Part shown: positions 33,996-48,449 of the stretch, in pieces | Numbering within the stretch: the first letter of the stretch is position 1 | How the letters are laid out: each line of letters starts with the position of its first letter | Origin: Felis catus | Lineage: Eukaryota | Assembly (NCBI RefSeq): GCF_018350175.1 | Contig: NC_058368.1 | Location: 45,448,001-45,512,000 of the forward strand | Direction of reading: 5' to 3' | Length of the DNA: 64,000 bases | Made by a program: the position numbers and the translations under genes | The notes under the pieces: generated by a model | Seen by the model: the letters and a program-made list of their open reading frames with translations, nothing else | What the model was told of the DNA's origin: nothing | The model's database searches: none

Positions 33996-35681
33996 AGGAT
34001 CATCAAGCAATAGAGCCTCCTCTAACGGAAATGATTCACACGGACAGGACTTCTTCTGAATTGGGGTTTGATTCATGAATGAAGTTGATTGTAACAGTCA
34101 AGGTGAACCTATAATGATGTATAGCTACATGTTCTTACACTATGCTTACATTAAAGACGACTTAGATTGTCTTTTTGGTCAGTAGGATGACCTGAACATC
34201 ATCATCATGTATGATGAAGGCCTGTTCATCCAGTGTCCCTTCACTACCTCCCAAAACATAATCTGCTGTCAGTACAGATGAAACAGTGTTTAAAAAAAAA
34301 CAATAAAAAAGTATAATTCTATCCATCCAAAGGTGAGCAAGTCATGACCTCTAATGTAGTATCTGAGCAGACTCAGTGCTTAAAATGGCTACATTGGGAT
34401 CTGTCATAGATTTGAACACTAGTCACTTTGCTTCCTGGATTAACAGGCTAAGCAATTTTCATTCAGTGTTTAGGTAGCAAGCACGCATCAGTTTATAAGA
34501 CCTATAAACTAAAAGGTTTAGAATTCCTAATAAGGTCACTCCAAGCTTTTTCTTACTTAAGAAAAAAAATTTAAAGTATACATTTGGATTATTGAAACTC
34601 TTTTTCCATCCATAATACCATTCATTCAGCAAAATTTACTGAATGAATACGAATATCCAGGTACTGTTCCAGAATCTGCGATGTATAGTTACATAGTTTC
34701 ATCTGTGGCCTCAAGTGCTTACCTTTGCAGGTGGAAAATGAAGAGGAAGACAGGCAATAAATGAGAAAACAAGTATGAATGTAATAATTGAGTGACATAT
34801 AATAAACATAAGGTGAGGGTTTGTAATGGAGACCAAAAGGGCTGGAGGAATGTTGAAGTCAGTAAAAGATTACATGAGCAGGTAACATTTAAGCTAAGGA
34901 AAGATGGTTATAAACAAAGGAAAAATGCTTTTTAAAACAAATAAACAACAAAACTGAAAAAGTCCTGCATAGCTGAATTGTAAGGAAAGAGCAGAAGAGT
35001 GACCTGAGGTAAAGTCCGAGGAATATTTAGGCAGAGGACAGAAGATATTCACAGATTTAAGTCTCATACGTATCAACAGTCTAGTTAGGATATACTTCTT
35101 TATATTTACCAGTTATACCATAGATCTCAACGCTGAAAGTCTGGGGATATCGTATATTCATGGTTATTCATCAGCAGAGCATATCTCACTACATAAGTTG
35201 GGGAAAGTTTCAGATTATTCCAACCCAGTAGCTGATCAAGAACTTTAGCTGAAGAAGTTGTATTCCCTTTCAACTGGAGTTTAAAACGTAACTTGCCAAA
35301 AGTACTGTTGCTGTACCAGATAGCAGTGGGGGAAATTCTCAGAATGTTTCTACTTTCCAAGTATTCACCATTTTATAAATTTAAGAATATGCATTGTAAT
35401 CCTTAACTAAAATAAGGTTGCAAGAAATAACATGTATGTTAGAAGAGTTAAACAGCCAATGTAGTTCTCCTAAATTTTATATTTTTAGTTTGAAACTTTT
35501 AATCAAACTAGATTCATGCCCTATCATCTTGAAGCCCTCTAATAAATTCTCATTGCAAATTAGGGTAAATTTAAATATGTTAACTGGCCCAAAAGGCTAT
35601 GCATGGCCTGGTTTCTGTTTACTTCTCCAAACTCACCTCATACTGCCTTTCTGCCTCCATCTGCTATACTCTACTAGCCTC

Positions 35682-36090
35682 TTTTCTTTCTTTCTTTCTT
35701 CCTTCCTTCCTTCCTTCCTTCCTTCCTTCCTTCCTTCCTTCCTTCCTCCCTCCCTCCCTCCCTTCCTCCCTCCCTCCTTTTTTCCTTTCCTTTCCTTTCC
35801 TTTCCTTTCCTTTCCTTTCCTTTCCTTTCCTTTCCTTTCCTTTCCTTTCCTTTCCTTTCCTTTCCTTTCCTTCCTTCCCTCCCTCCCTCCTTCCTTCCTT
35901 CCTTCCTTTCTCTCTTTTCTTGAGAAAGAGAGAGAGAGCAAGCAGAGATGGGCAGAGAGAAAGGGACCCAGAGTATCCTAAGTAGGTTCTGGGCTGAAAA
36001 GCCCTGATGCGGGTCTCAAACTCAAGAATCATGAGATTGTGACCTGCGCCAAAGTCAGACACTTAACCGAATGAGCCACCCAGGTGCCCC
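35682..36090 (-). mobile_element. CanSINE whose tail has expanded into a (TTCC)n/(TTTCC)n polypyrimidine microsatellite (35682-35920)
   Basis: SINE head ends CACCCAGGTGCCCC at 36090; pure-pyrimidine tract adjoins the SINE tail position. Confidence 0.88.
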
Positions 36091-36898
36091 TACACTATTC
36101 GCTTTTCTGTCTGGAACACAACAATCTCGCTTCCATCCCTGGGCCTTTGCATATTCCAATTCCATTCTTTCTCCTTGAAAGCTACTCCCTCTGTATTTAC
36201 CATTACAGCTTATATGGATCACTTGGGTTAAATTACAGCTAATTGTAAGGACTTTGTAACCATCCCAGCTAAAGGAGCCATGAAACACCTTCCACACAGT
36301 AATTCCAGTTTTACTTTATCCTATGGCTTTTTGTTCAAATTTCATAAAACTAATGTGCACCAGTTTAATCTAAAATTCAGTTTGGAATTACATTATTTAT
36401 TTTGCATTTTAACTTCCATCTCACTCCACAGAAATGTTAAGCACCATACACAGGGAAATAACACCTTTTCTATAAACCATGGTTACCAGAAGAGACTACA
36501 ATAGTGCCTAGGGCCTGCATGACATAGTGTCAATGAACAGTGATTCAGTAGACCCAGAAAAGAGAGTATTGCAATTATAAGATCCTCAAAGAGTTACCTT
36601 TACTATAGTGTCTATCTTAGAGCTATAAGAAGAGTCATACAAATCCATTTGCTGTATTTATTGTAGAAATATTTTCAAGGACTTTTCATAATCACTTTGT
36701 AGTCTATAAAAAGTCTCTCAATGTTAAGAAAACAAACGTTTGTTTTAAACATAGGTTTGTTTTGCTTTAGGGGAACTTTATCATTCTTGTGGAAATATTG
36801 TCCTTTCTTCTCTGGCTACTAAGGACTTTGAGTGAAACTCATGACACTACTCCAGTGATGTGCAACGTTATGGGGTATAAATGTCTATATACCACTAT

Positions 36899-37103
36899 TT
36901 TTAAAAAATTTTTAATGTTTATTTTTGAGAGAGTGTGTGTATGAGCAGGGGAGGGACAGGGAGAGAAGGAGACACAGAATACAAAGCAGGATCCAGGCTC
37001 TGAGTTGTCAGCACAGAGCTCAACGCAGGACTTGAACCCACAAACTGTGAGATCATGACCCGAGCCAAAGTTGGACACTTAACTGAGCCACCCAGGCACC
37101 CCA
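36899..37103 (-). mobile_element. CanSINE
   Basis: Near-TSD AAAT(G/A)TCTATATACCA. Confidence 0.92.
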
Positions 37104-40100
37104 AATATCTATATACCATTCTTATCTGTCTTATATTTTCCCTCTGAATTTCACTTATCCTGTTTTCATAATTTTATAAATGTTGTATATTTATAATATT
37201 ATAATGACCTTATACCTTATGTTGAATAAAAAAATGAGTAAAAATTTCATTTCTAATCGTAAATGACCACTTCAAAATTTTGCAATAATACTTTTGAAGC
37301 TAACCCAGTAAACATTTATTGGTAAGCTTTTATGTGATAAACGGTTTTCTAAGTGTTTCCACGTAATTTTTTTAATTCTAACATTGTTTCTCAGAGAGAC
37401 ATATTAGGTACTAAGTTACAGATAATAAAACCAAGAAAAATATACAAGTAAATGGCCTTAAACAAGTAATTTGTGATTGATAAAAATTAAGCAAGTCCTT
37501 TACTTATGTCTCCAAAAATCAGTTTTTTCTTCCAGTATTCCCTAGAGCCATCAACTGAGACATCAATTTACACATTCTACTAAAAACCAGACAGCTACAC
37601 GAGCTATGTTTACTCTTCAAGGATGAAAATATTGATATTATCGAGAGTCACAACATCTAGAACTACTTATCTTCATCTTTCTTTAAAAGGCAGCAAATAC
37701 ATACAGCAACCTGTAGCATAAACTGATCATAATTCTGTTTTAGAATTGTTTTATTAGCCTAAACCCCTCATTGTGGTACTACGTATGCAGTGTGGGTGTT
37801 TTTGTTGTTTAATTCTTATGACCAGACACCTGTCTTAAAGCCTGAGGGAGCCATAGATCAGGGATACTCCAGGAGCCATCTGCTGCTGACATTCCCAGAC
37901 TATGCTGGGTCAAGTTTCCTGGGAGTTATATAAGAAGTCTTCTGTGACCCGCCCCTTCAGGCCTATCAGGTCACATTGATAACTGTGTATGATTTCAGAG
38001 AGGGCCACTTCTCAAAAGGGAAATGTCAAATTGAGTGAATCTGGGGATTGACATATAAGGTACTTAACAAAGTAAAATAATTTTTATAATTTTAATATGA
38101 AAAACTAGCTGTAGAGTATATTTCAGTGAAAACACATTTTTCCTTCACATGATAATCTCATGTTCTCATGATTCCTACAATGCATCAAGTCCAGGAACTT
38201 GGAACTTGAAGTCCACTTTAGCTCATTGGGAAGAAGCTTTGTTTCTTCAACTTAAATTAATTGTGTAAATGACAATGGCCTTAAAAATGAGTAGGGCTAT
38301 TCTGGGTAATCCAACAGTAAGGAACCCTGTTTGCCTTTGAAATTCCTGAAGTCTGTAGAATACTTTCAAAGAAAGATCTTTTTGATCGTAGGAAATAACC
38401 CCTTAAAAAATATTCTCCGAGTGTAATCTACAATTCAACTTCTCTAATTACATTTCTGCACCTGTGATTAGTGTTAAATGGATTAATAGTTTCTATTCTT
38501 CCTGAAAATGAATCTTCATTGATCTCATCGGAGAGCAAAAGGAAAAAAAAAAACATTAAAACTTTTACTATGAAATCTCAATGCCCTTAAGCAAATGGTC
38601 TGGCTGAAAGGTGGTAAAAACTACTAAATATACCCTGGAGCAGCTTGTCAGAGGATATCAATTAATATTGCTAGATTTTTATTGCTTGATATGCCATTAC
38701 TTGCACAATCAGTACTATTGAATTATTAATAGTCGACAGAGCCCTGGGACTTGCCTCAATTATTTCCATTCACACTTACAGAAAACTTTTAAGACATTGG
38801 AAACATATATCAGGTGCAGCTAGAACTTTTGTCATGTCTATTTCGAGATCCTGTTTTTAACTAGGAATCACAAGGTGATGCGCAGGTTCTTTATTTAATT
38901 TTAGAGATTATGGGTCAATGAGCCGCTGTAACACTATTGTCTGATCAACTGCAGGACCTTCTCAGAATAGATAATTCAGAATAAAATAGTCAATATTTAG
39001 TAAAATTTCCAGAGACATCTCTAAAATAGACTAGGCTGTGCACATACTTACTTGAAGGACTTCTTAGAGTTCCCAAAGAACGAAAAAGCCGTTCACTCCT
39101 CCCAAGGAAAGAAGTGAAGAGATGCATCCTAGCATTCCAATCAATCAGTGCACCAGAGTGATTAGACCCACCACGTTTCTGATTAAAACATTGTGCTGGC
39201 CAGGGAGAGACCACCACTGTGGTCAACACAGTAACCGTGGTTTGTTAACATCGATTTTGTTTTGTGAGAATAAATTGATTTATGATAGGGTAAGTGAAAG
39301 TGAAAGGACACTTGTGAATATCTAATCAAATTCACCTCACCTGTACTACTGCCTAAATAGAACTATGTGTATTATCCCTTGTGATGATTTACTGCTGTGC
39401 ATTTTATAGAATTGTAACAACTTTGTTATAAGACAGTAGGACTCTAATGTCTATTTTTAAAGTATTCTCAGTAACATATTTTCAATATATTATAAAAATA
39501 TTCATTCTCACTATATAAATTTTTGGCCCTCATTATGTCAGTATGTTTCTGCATTTGACAGGCAAAGGCATTTTTGAGCGATCCTCATGATAAGCACAAC
39601 AGTCTGGTGGTTTAAAAACTTAGGGGAAAAAAGATTTTGACAAGCCTTAGGAGCTTATAACCTGTCGCTCTCAACAGGAGTAGATTTTTTAAATGACAAA
39701 ATACCACTGTAAAACCTAATGGGAAAGCTAATAAAGTCACATGATGTAGAAGAAGTCACACTTGGTCATCCAGAACATTATCTTTGGAATAACTAAAATG
39801 TAAAAACCTTTAAATTAGCATCTGGTCAATCAAAGTAACTGGTTATAAAATAGTCTGCTGAGTTACAAATACTATCCAATGTTTTAACAGGAGAAAGATA
39901 GTATTTGATATAGTGAGTGGGAGACTTTCATAAAGCAATATCATTCATTTGTAGTCCAGTCACAAACAACCAAAAATATCCTATTTTTTGTCGTGAAATT
40001 ATATTGATGATTAGTGATTCTTAAGAGTTTAAAATAATTGTATGTTAAGAAATAATGTTGACATTACAACACAATGGTGACTGGAGTATTTTAGATTGAA

Positions 40101-40529
40101 AATGCGTAAATAAATTAAGGCAAATTTCCTCTAAACAAAGTATGTAGGTATATAATACTAAAGGGATATACAATTCACCTAAGTTTATTTGTAACATTTA
40201 GTGGGAAAAAATTAAAACTTAGACATACAGACGAGTTAATATTTCAGTTTGGTCATTCTCCCAAATGGATTTTGGCTTTCTCAGAGAGCTACAGATAACG
40301 TAGAGGGAAAAGAGTCCTGAGCTGTCTTTTTTCCTCATCACAATGCCTTCCTTGCACCTAGTCGTTGTTCAAAGGAATTTATTGGTGATCAAGAAAAAGA
40401 AAAACTGGTCATTGGGAATCAATTCCATAAAAAGAATCTTTCCTTTCTGTGCTTAAAATCTCACTGAGCATTTGGTGAATGCAGTGACACACTTTTAAAT
40501 GAGAGCTTTTAAGTAAGAATTCAGAGGTT

Positions 40530-41990
40530 TCTTATTTTTAAAGATTGCTTTGACTGAAGTCTTTTGTGGTTCATTAAAAATTTTTGGACTGTTTTATCAA
40601 TTTCTGTGAAAAATGCCATGGGGCTGTTGATAAGGAGTCCACTGAATCTATAGACTGCTTTGGGTAGTATGGACACTTAAAAAATATTAATTTTTGTGAT
40701 TCATGATCACGGGACATTTTTCTTTCCATTTGTTTGTGCCTTTAATTTCTTTCATCCAAGTCTTATAGTTTTCAGTGTACAGATCTTTGACCTGTTTGGT
40801 AAAATTAATTCCTAAGTATTTATTTTTCTTTTTGATGTTACTATGAATGGGATTATTTTATTTCTTTTTTGGATAGTTAACTGTTAATATATAAAAACAC
40901 AAGTGATTTTTGTATGTTGTTTTTATATCCTGTGACAACTGAATTTATTTATTATAAGATTTTGTTGGGTGGAGACTTTAGGGTTTTTTACACATCATGT
41001 CATCTGCAAATAGAGACAGTTTGACTTCTTTTCAATTTGAATGCCTTTTATTTATGTTCTAGTCTACTTGTTCTTGCTAGGATTTTCAGTACTATGTTGA
41101 ATAGAAATATTGAAAGTGGGCCCCTTTGTTTTCCTCTATATCCTGGAGGAAAGATTTCAGCTTTCTACTGTTGAATAGGATGTTAGTTGTGGGCTTGTTA
41201 TATATGTATTTATTATGTTAAGGTAAATTCTTCTATAGTCAATTTGTTGAGATTTTTATCTTAAAGAATGTGGGATTTTGTCAAATGCTCTTCCTGAATC
41301 AAATGAGATCAACATATCTTTTTTTATTCTTCACTCTGTTAATATGGTGTATCATAGTAATTGATTTTCATGTAATTCAGCAATCCTGCTTCTGCATAGA
41401 TACTTAGATACACCTCCATAAGGAGATACATGCACTCCCGTGTTAACTGCAGTATTATTCACAATAGCCAAGACCTGAAAAAAAACCTAAGTGTCCACCA
41501 ATGGATGAATAAATAAAATATGAATATATGTGTATATATAATTTGATATATATGTAATATGTATACAGTGGAATACTATTCATTTATAACAAAGAAAACT
41601 CTGCCACTTGAGACAGCATGGATGAATGAGGGCATCATGCTAAGTAAAATAATTAAAAGACAAATACTGTATGATCTCTCTGGTATGTGGAGTCTAAAAG
41701 AGTCAAACTAATCGAAACAGAGAGTAGAATAGTGTTTGCCAAGGTCTGGGGAAGGGGACAAATGGGAAGATGTTGGTCACAAGGTACAAATTTTCAGTCT
41801 TAAGCAAGTTCTGTAGACCTAATATTCAGCATGGTGACTATACTTAACAACGCTGTGTTGTGTGCCTGAAATTTGCTAAGAGAGTACATTTAAATGTTCT
41901 CACCACACATAGCTATGTGAGGTGATGGATGTGTAGACTAACCATACTGTAGTAATCATTTTACAATATGTATGTATGTCAAATTAAAAT
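40530..41990. mobile_element. 5'-inverted L1 insertion (antisense ORF2 segment ~40530-41373 plus sense 3' end ~41374-41990)
   Basis: T-rich antisense L1 motifs (CTGAATCTATAGACTGCTTTGGGTAGTATGGACA, CATGTCATCTGCAAATAGAGACAGTTTGACTTC) then A-rich sense 3' end (TTATTCACAATAGCCAAGA); flanking repeat AATTCAGAGG. Confidence 0.8.
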
Positions 41991-42909
41991 AATTCAGAGG
42001 GTTGTGAGATAATTAAAACTATCAAACCCTACCATGCTAACTAAACTCTAGGTTCAACTTTATCCTTTTTGTGTGTGCTTTACTTTATGCAAAATCTGAT
42101 TATTCAGTTATATTAGTATTGATTTAAAAGCTAACTTGAAGCTAATGTACAAATTTGGCCCAGAAGGTTTTTGAGATACAATATGTCTGTTGGTTACAAC
42201 ATGACAGGTAATCTCTCTAGAATTGGATGAAGTGGGATTTGTAGTTCTATAATTCTACGGGGAAAGCAATGTAACAGCTGCTAAATAATGTGATTCTTAA
42301 ATGGCATTTTTTTACAAGTAGTAAGGATTTTTAATTGATGTATTTAGCAGGTATTAAACAGCTCTCTACACTCCTGTCCAGTGGGAAGTGGTTGTCTTGT
42401 GCCCCATGCTGTTATTCCATATGGCAGAACTGCCCATGTTTAAAATTCTTTCCATTCGGACCTGATCAAAATCTCTAATTTAGACTTGCATTTGGAAATG
42501 CTGTAAGGAAATATGAATAAAATATCACACCTAAGTTAAGGTTTTCTCCTCTATCCCTCTCTAGCTCGGACAGGCATATGTAGCTATGTTCTGTTTCAGG
42601 ATTAAGGCAGGCTCTGATAATTATTCATGTGCTGGTTGATATCAGAAGAAACATTCTTCTTTAAAAAAAAACTTTGAGTGGAATAAAAATTCTTATGTAA
42701 CATAAAGGCATTTTCAAAGAAGATTTAATATACTAATATGTGAGAACAATTTATAAAGAGTAAAGTTTGATACAACGTAAAGTATCCTTGGTAAACATAG
42801 TAGTTGTACTTTTATATCCATTGTGATGAATTGCCCTAAAAAGGAACCAAGACAGTAGCAATGAGGTGTGGTAGAAAGAGCTCAGGATTTGTTTCAAGTT
42901 TTTATTTAC

Positions 42910-43105
42910 AGGCACCCGGGTGGCCCAGTTGGTTAAGTGTCTGACTCTTCATTTAGGCTCAGGTCATGATCTCAGGGTTCCTGAGCCTACCTCGGAGTCT
43001 GTGCTGAAAGCATGGAGACTGCCTCCCTTCCTCCCCACCCCTCTGCCCTTCCTCTGCTCATGCATGCACTCTCTCAAAATAAATAAATAAACTTAAAAAA
43101 ATAAA
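42910..43105 (+). mobile_element. CanSINE within a short antisense carnivore L1 3' end, itself in a MIR-like fossil
   Basis: SINE body; L1 tail motif TTTAGTGATTCATCACTTCCATATAACACTCAGCACTCATCACAACAAG; flanking repeat AAGAGCTCAGGATTTG. Confidence 0.8.
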
Positions 43106-44444
43106 TTTCAGTTCATTACCATGTTGTGTAATATTAGCTTCAGGAGTAAAATTTAGTGATTCATCACTTCCATATAACACTCAGCACTCATCACAACAAG
43201 AGCTCAGGATTTGAAGGCAGGTTATCTGAGTTCCAATCCTTGATCTAAATGTATTGGCTCTGGGTTTCATTTAACCTCTCTAAGCTTTAGTGTTCTCTCC
43301 AAGAAAGTGTGGATAATAATGTAATAATATGATATTTACTATTTGGAGAAAATTCAATAAAGCATTTGAATAATATCACTTAACATCTAGCCTAATTTGT
43401 GGCACATTTTAGTTATTCAGTAACTATTCAACAAATATTTTAAAAATTCCACATGAGGATACAAATATTAGTTGCTGTTCTGATTAAGTACCCAGAATTA
43501 AAATAATCCCAAGACAAATGGGATTATTTGCAACAAACAAACAAACAAAAAATCAAACCTCCTTTGTGCCCAAAGTTGTCAGAACAGATTAAAAACTAAA
43601 ATGTTCTTTGAACTGGTGCCCGATATATGTTTATTAAATTATATTTGTACATTACCACTGCCCTGAACAGAGGAAGTAAAATATAGATTTGTCAGATTTA
43701 GGAAAAAGAAGCATTCTTCCTGTTTTCCAGTTGCGCCTGTGTGTGTGAAGGGACCAGATGGTAGGGCAGAGGGACTAGATGGCTCACATATATTATCAAG
43801 TACACAGCACATAAATCAATACTCCTTTAAAACCCAAGTCTAACTTAAGAATGACTTGATCAGATGCAGTATAAGTTATGTCGTCTCCAACATAAAATAT
43901 GCTGTTAACAGAGTAATCTTGTTGGTGGTGTTTTGTAAAAACTATAATAGATAAATGATGTGTAATATATAAATTATAGATATCCTACCCAGGTAGTTAA
44001 TATTGTGAAGTTAATGAGATTCTGATTTAGAGGAATGCTTATTTCCACAAATTAATCTTCATTTGGAAGACTGAGAAATCTTTATGGAATGTATAAAGTG
44101 AAGACTATCGTTGCTGAATTTCGCCCATGCTTGACATTATAACATCTTGCCACTAGAGCTCATTGTTGCTCTTTCCATAGATTCCAAGGTTCAACCTCTA
44201 TCAATTTTCTTTTTTTCTTCCTTTCCTCCTCCCCCTACCCCACTTCAGATTGTTTTGCTAGCTGGCATAGTCTTCTATTAAAAAAAATAGCACATTCTAA
44301 AAATATACTGATATTTAAGAATAAAAATATCCCAAGATCTGGAATCTCCCTTTAAATACATGATAAGATATCAAAACTATGGCAATCTCTGATAGTATAG
44401 CACCTCATAGAAAAATTTCAAATATCAGTCATGTAAACAAATGC

Positions 44445-44654
44445 CTTTTAAATTTTTTAACGTTTCTTTAATATTGAGAGAGCATGAGCATGAGCATAGG
44501 AGGGTCAGAGAGAGAGGGGGAGACAGAATCCGAAGCAGGCTCCAGCCTCTGAGCTGTCAGCACAGAGCCCGACGCAGGCTGGAACCTACCAACCGTGAGA
44601 TCATGACCTGAGCCAAAGTCGGACACCCAACCGAGTGGGCCACCCAGGCGCCCC
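44445..44654 (-). mobile_element. CanSINE
   Basis: Near-TSD AACAAATG(C/T)CTTTT. Confidence 0.92.
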
Positions 44655-46884
44655 AACAAATGTCTTTTAGTTACACATATTACACCATGTTTATCAAACA
44701 TGTTAAATTGTTCATTTGCAAACATTTGCCAAGCTTGATCAATAAAAAACACGAAAATATTCTTTCATATATAATTTGGACTACTTCAAAATCATCTCTA
44801 TTGTAATTTATTAGAAACTAATCCCTTTAAATATCCAAATATAATTTTAATTCTTATTTCAAAATGTGTATACACACACACACCAATAGTTCATAAAGAG
44901 CCTTTTAACTCCTCATTTTATAGAAGAAACCTAGGTTTCCTCTCTCACTCCAAATTAAGATTTTGTCACATTCAAGTTGCATTTGAAAAGAAAAATATTT
45001 AGAAGTGCATGATAAAAATATTTATAAAGAGGTAATAATCATAAGTTCTCTCCACTTTCTAACTGATCCTGTGTTCTCACACTTGTCAAATCAGTGCACG
45101 CTCTTGCTGCTTTCCTAATAACTCAGAGATCATCTGCAACCCAAAACCCATATCCAGTCAAATAGAAAATGATCCTCTTTATTGTTGCCCCAAACTCATA
45201 TTACATGTGTGTGACTCTCTGGGTTCTGTTAGATAACAGAAGGCCCAAAGAAAACATCTAAAATAATTGAATTTGTCTCTATTTACACTAATTCAATGAT
45301 TACAAAGTTGTCATGCTCATACCAACCTGTTTAACTATAGATGCTCTTTCTCAAGGAAAACTGATTTTCCAAGGAACCCGATAGCCCAAAGCAAGATAAA
45401 ATTCCAACCTAAAATTTCCCTGAATAGTTGTAAGATGGATTTCTAATTCATTTATGACCTCTTTCATTTTCTAACAACATTTTCAATTAAAAACACAATT
45501 TAAAAATGTGTGCATAAAACACACACACACACACACACACACCCACCTGTTAAGCTTTGACCACAGTGCATTTACAAAAGCTCATTTCATAACAGAACAG
45601 ATTACTCTAACTTGGCTCTTCCAATTTGCTCTCACTCCACTACAGACACAAGCCTTAGGCTCCGAGCTCACCTCCCCATAACTCCCACCTGATTGAGATT
45701 TTGCTTCTTTAGCTACCACAGGAAGAGATTTCCTTTTTCTCTAACCTCTGCTTTACTGAGGTAGATTGTCTGAGTATTTTTCTTATAAATCCTCAATTCC
45801 CTATTTGAACAATAACAGATAAATTGCTCATGTACATTTATAAAATGCCAGGCTACGAAAAGGAATTGGACCGAAAATGTAGGTTTATATTTCAATAACT
45901 GGTGTAGGTAACTTTCCTATTTTTTGCCTAGTTAATTTTATATTCTGAGAGAGTTCCCAGGGATACAGGCAGGGTAAGGGCTAGGAGAAGGAAGATGGAC
46001 AATGTAATTTGAATGAGAAAGATGTACAGTGATACTTTTCCTTTCAAATTACCTGACAATTCAAGAGACATGGGTTATATATTAAGGAAAGAATGGAGTC
46101 CAGAACAGCATATTCCTGCCTGCCTGGGACTGTCTTAGATAAATGGACAGCTTTCTGTACTGTGGAAGTTAGATATTATATTCAAGATAAAGGCTTTGAC
46201 TGACAGATCAGTATCCTAGAAACACCTGGCATATCAATATCTTCATGCAAATAAGGACAGCCATTCTAAAGTCATTAGCTGAACTTTTGGTTGGGGGTGG
46301 GCCTGTATCACTAAAATCAAGAGTGCTGAAGAACTTAACATTTCCACAAAAATCCACAGATCAGAGAAGCTACATGTTAAAAACAATATAAGCTTAAAAC
46401 AACTATCAATGAAAATTGTTGAATTTTTGAAATTGATTTTTTTCAATTCAAGAGTGAATTATTTTATAAAATGTAAAATCTTCCAGACCTCTTTTATTTT
46501 ATAATTATACACAAAAGTAGCTCATGGCAATGAGAATGATAGTTACATGATGACTTATAAAAATTAAATGTACAGAAAATACCAATGATGGTTATCATTA
46601 ATAGATGATAGTACTGGATTTTTCCTTTTGTTTTCTAACTACTGCCTTATACATTTTTGCTTTCCTTAGCATATTTAGGTAATCATATATATTATTTTTG
46701 AAAAAATAGTAATCACTATTATAAACACAATGAATATACTTAAGCTGTCCTCAACTATAGGGAACACAACGGTCCTTAAAGCCTAGATTTTTTTTTCATT
46801 GTACTATCTTCTTTGAACTCTCCCCGTCCTTCCCTCTCATTTTTTAGCTAATGATTTTGGGATTTAAAACTTCCAAATTTTGGA

Positions 46885-47083
46885 AGCTCAGTCAGTTGAG
46901 GGTCCAACTTCAGCTCAGGTCATGATCTCACAGTCTGTGGGTTGGAGCCCCGTGTCCAGCTCTGTGCTAACACCTGGGAGCCTGGAGCCTGCTTCTGATT
47001 CTGTGTCTCCCTCTCTCTCTGCCCCTCCCCCACTCATGCTCTGTCTCTGTCTCAGAAATAAACATTAAAATTAAAAAAAAATA
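46885..47083 (+). mobile_element. CanSINE, slightly 5'-truncated
   Basis: TSD TAAAACTTCCAAATTTT. Confidence 0.92.
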
Positions 47084-48449
47084 AAACTTCCAAATTTTTA
47101 AGAGCTCCATGAATTCTGATTTTACTTTGAAATGTTTTTTAAACAAAGTAAAAACCCATCAACCACAATATAGACAATGTGTTGTGAACAGTCATTATGT
47201 TATCCTACCCTTCTTTTTATCCTAGAAAAAGGAATGAAGATTGGTAACTAAAAATTGCTAGTCTCATTGAAACAATTTTTATAAAGGGAATTGATGCTTA
47301 TGTAAATACAGAGTGCACACTTATGCAAGCAGTAGTTAACCTTTAAACTGTATCCAACCCCTCCTGAGCACAATCTCAGATATCAAGTTAACATCAACTG
47401 AACCAATGTTCAGTCATCAACTGAACCATTTTCATCTTGCAGACTCTGTGGAAAAATTCACCTATAAAATTACTTATTAGGTGTTTACCATTTACAATCT
47501 TTTCAGCCACAGCTTATTTTCATATGGTTGAAGAACTGCCAACTATATCTTCTCATATAGCACATTTGCACAAAAATTTTTTGGTGTTCCACTTTTTTTG
47601 TACAGAAGACACTAATTTCCCCAGTTATTGCATAGAATTGTTTCAAATTCCTAGGCGATGTAGCTCCAACGTCTATAGTGATTTAAATATTCAGATAAAA
47701 TTCTAAAGAAATACTCTTCATTTTCATATTATTTTACATGTGGGAACATGATTCATGTTTTGTGTGTATATATGTGTGACAGAGTATGTGCCCTGTGTGT
47801 TTGCGTGTGTGTGGTTGAGGAAGGGTTACAGAATTATGTAGTAATCCATGTAACAAACAAGGAGAGTCTGTACTGATCAGGAGAATAGTTAGTAAGCTCT
47901 ATTCCTTGATCATAAGAAATGAGTTTATTGTGTAATATATTTTCAAATATTCCTATATAGATTATCTGTGTTTGTGCTTTATTTACAATTATTTACTTTT
48001 CCATCTTAAGTCACGTTTACAGAAAAACTCTACTAATTCCTAGGCTATCACAGTTTATTGACAAGCTGAAATGACCAAACAAAATGAACATATTTAATCA
48101 TACACTCAAAAGCTATTTGGATATCTTGAACGAAATAATGAAACTCACATATACCTACAACTACCTCAAACTTCTTTAAAAAAAAATTTACTGATTAGTT
48201 TATTATTTTCCTTGTGCTTTCTCCTCAACCAATTGAATTGGCCATTTAATTTACAATGAAGTGGTCAGAAACCTGGGTATCCTCCCTAAATTAATTTACG
48301 CATGTTTACCTCCAAATTACCATCCCTTAATGATCACTTAAAACTAATCCCTTTTCCTCATGCCCCTAACACTTTTCTAGTATGGGCTCCTATCTTCTTT
48401 CCTATGATTTACTGCCAGAGACTAACTTGTCTGCAGTCTTGGAAACTAC

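Noticed and set aside
35418..36062. Long ORFs of 102-187 aa on both strands
   Set aside because: Translations of the (TTCC)n/(TTTCC)n microsatellite and a SINE.
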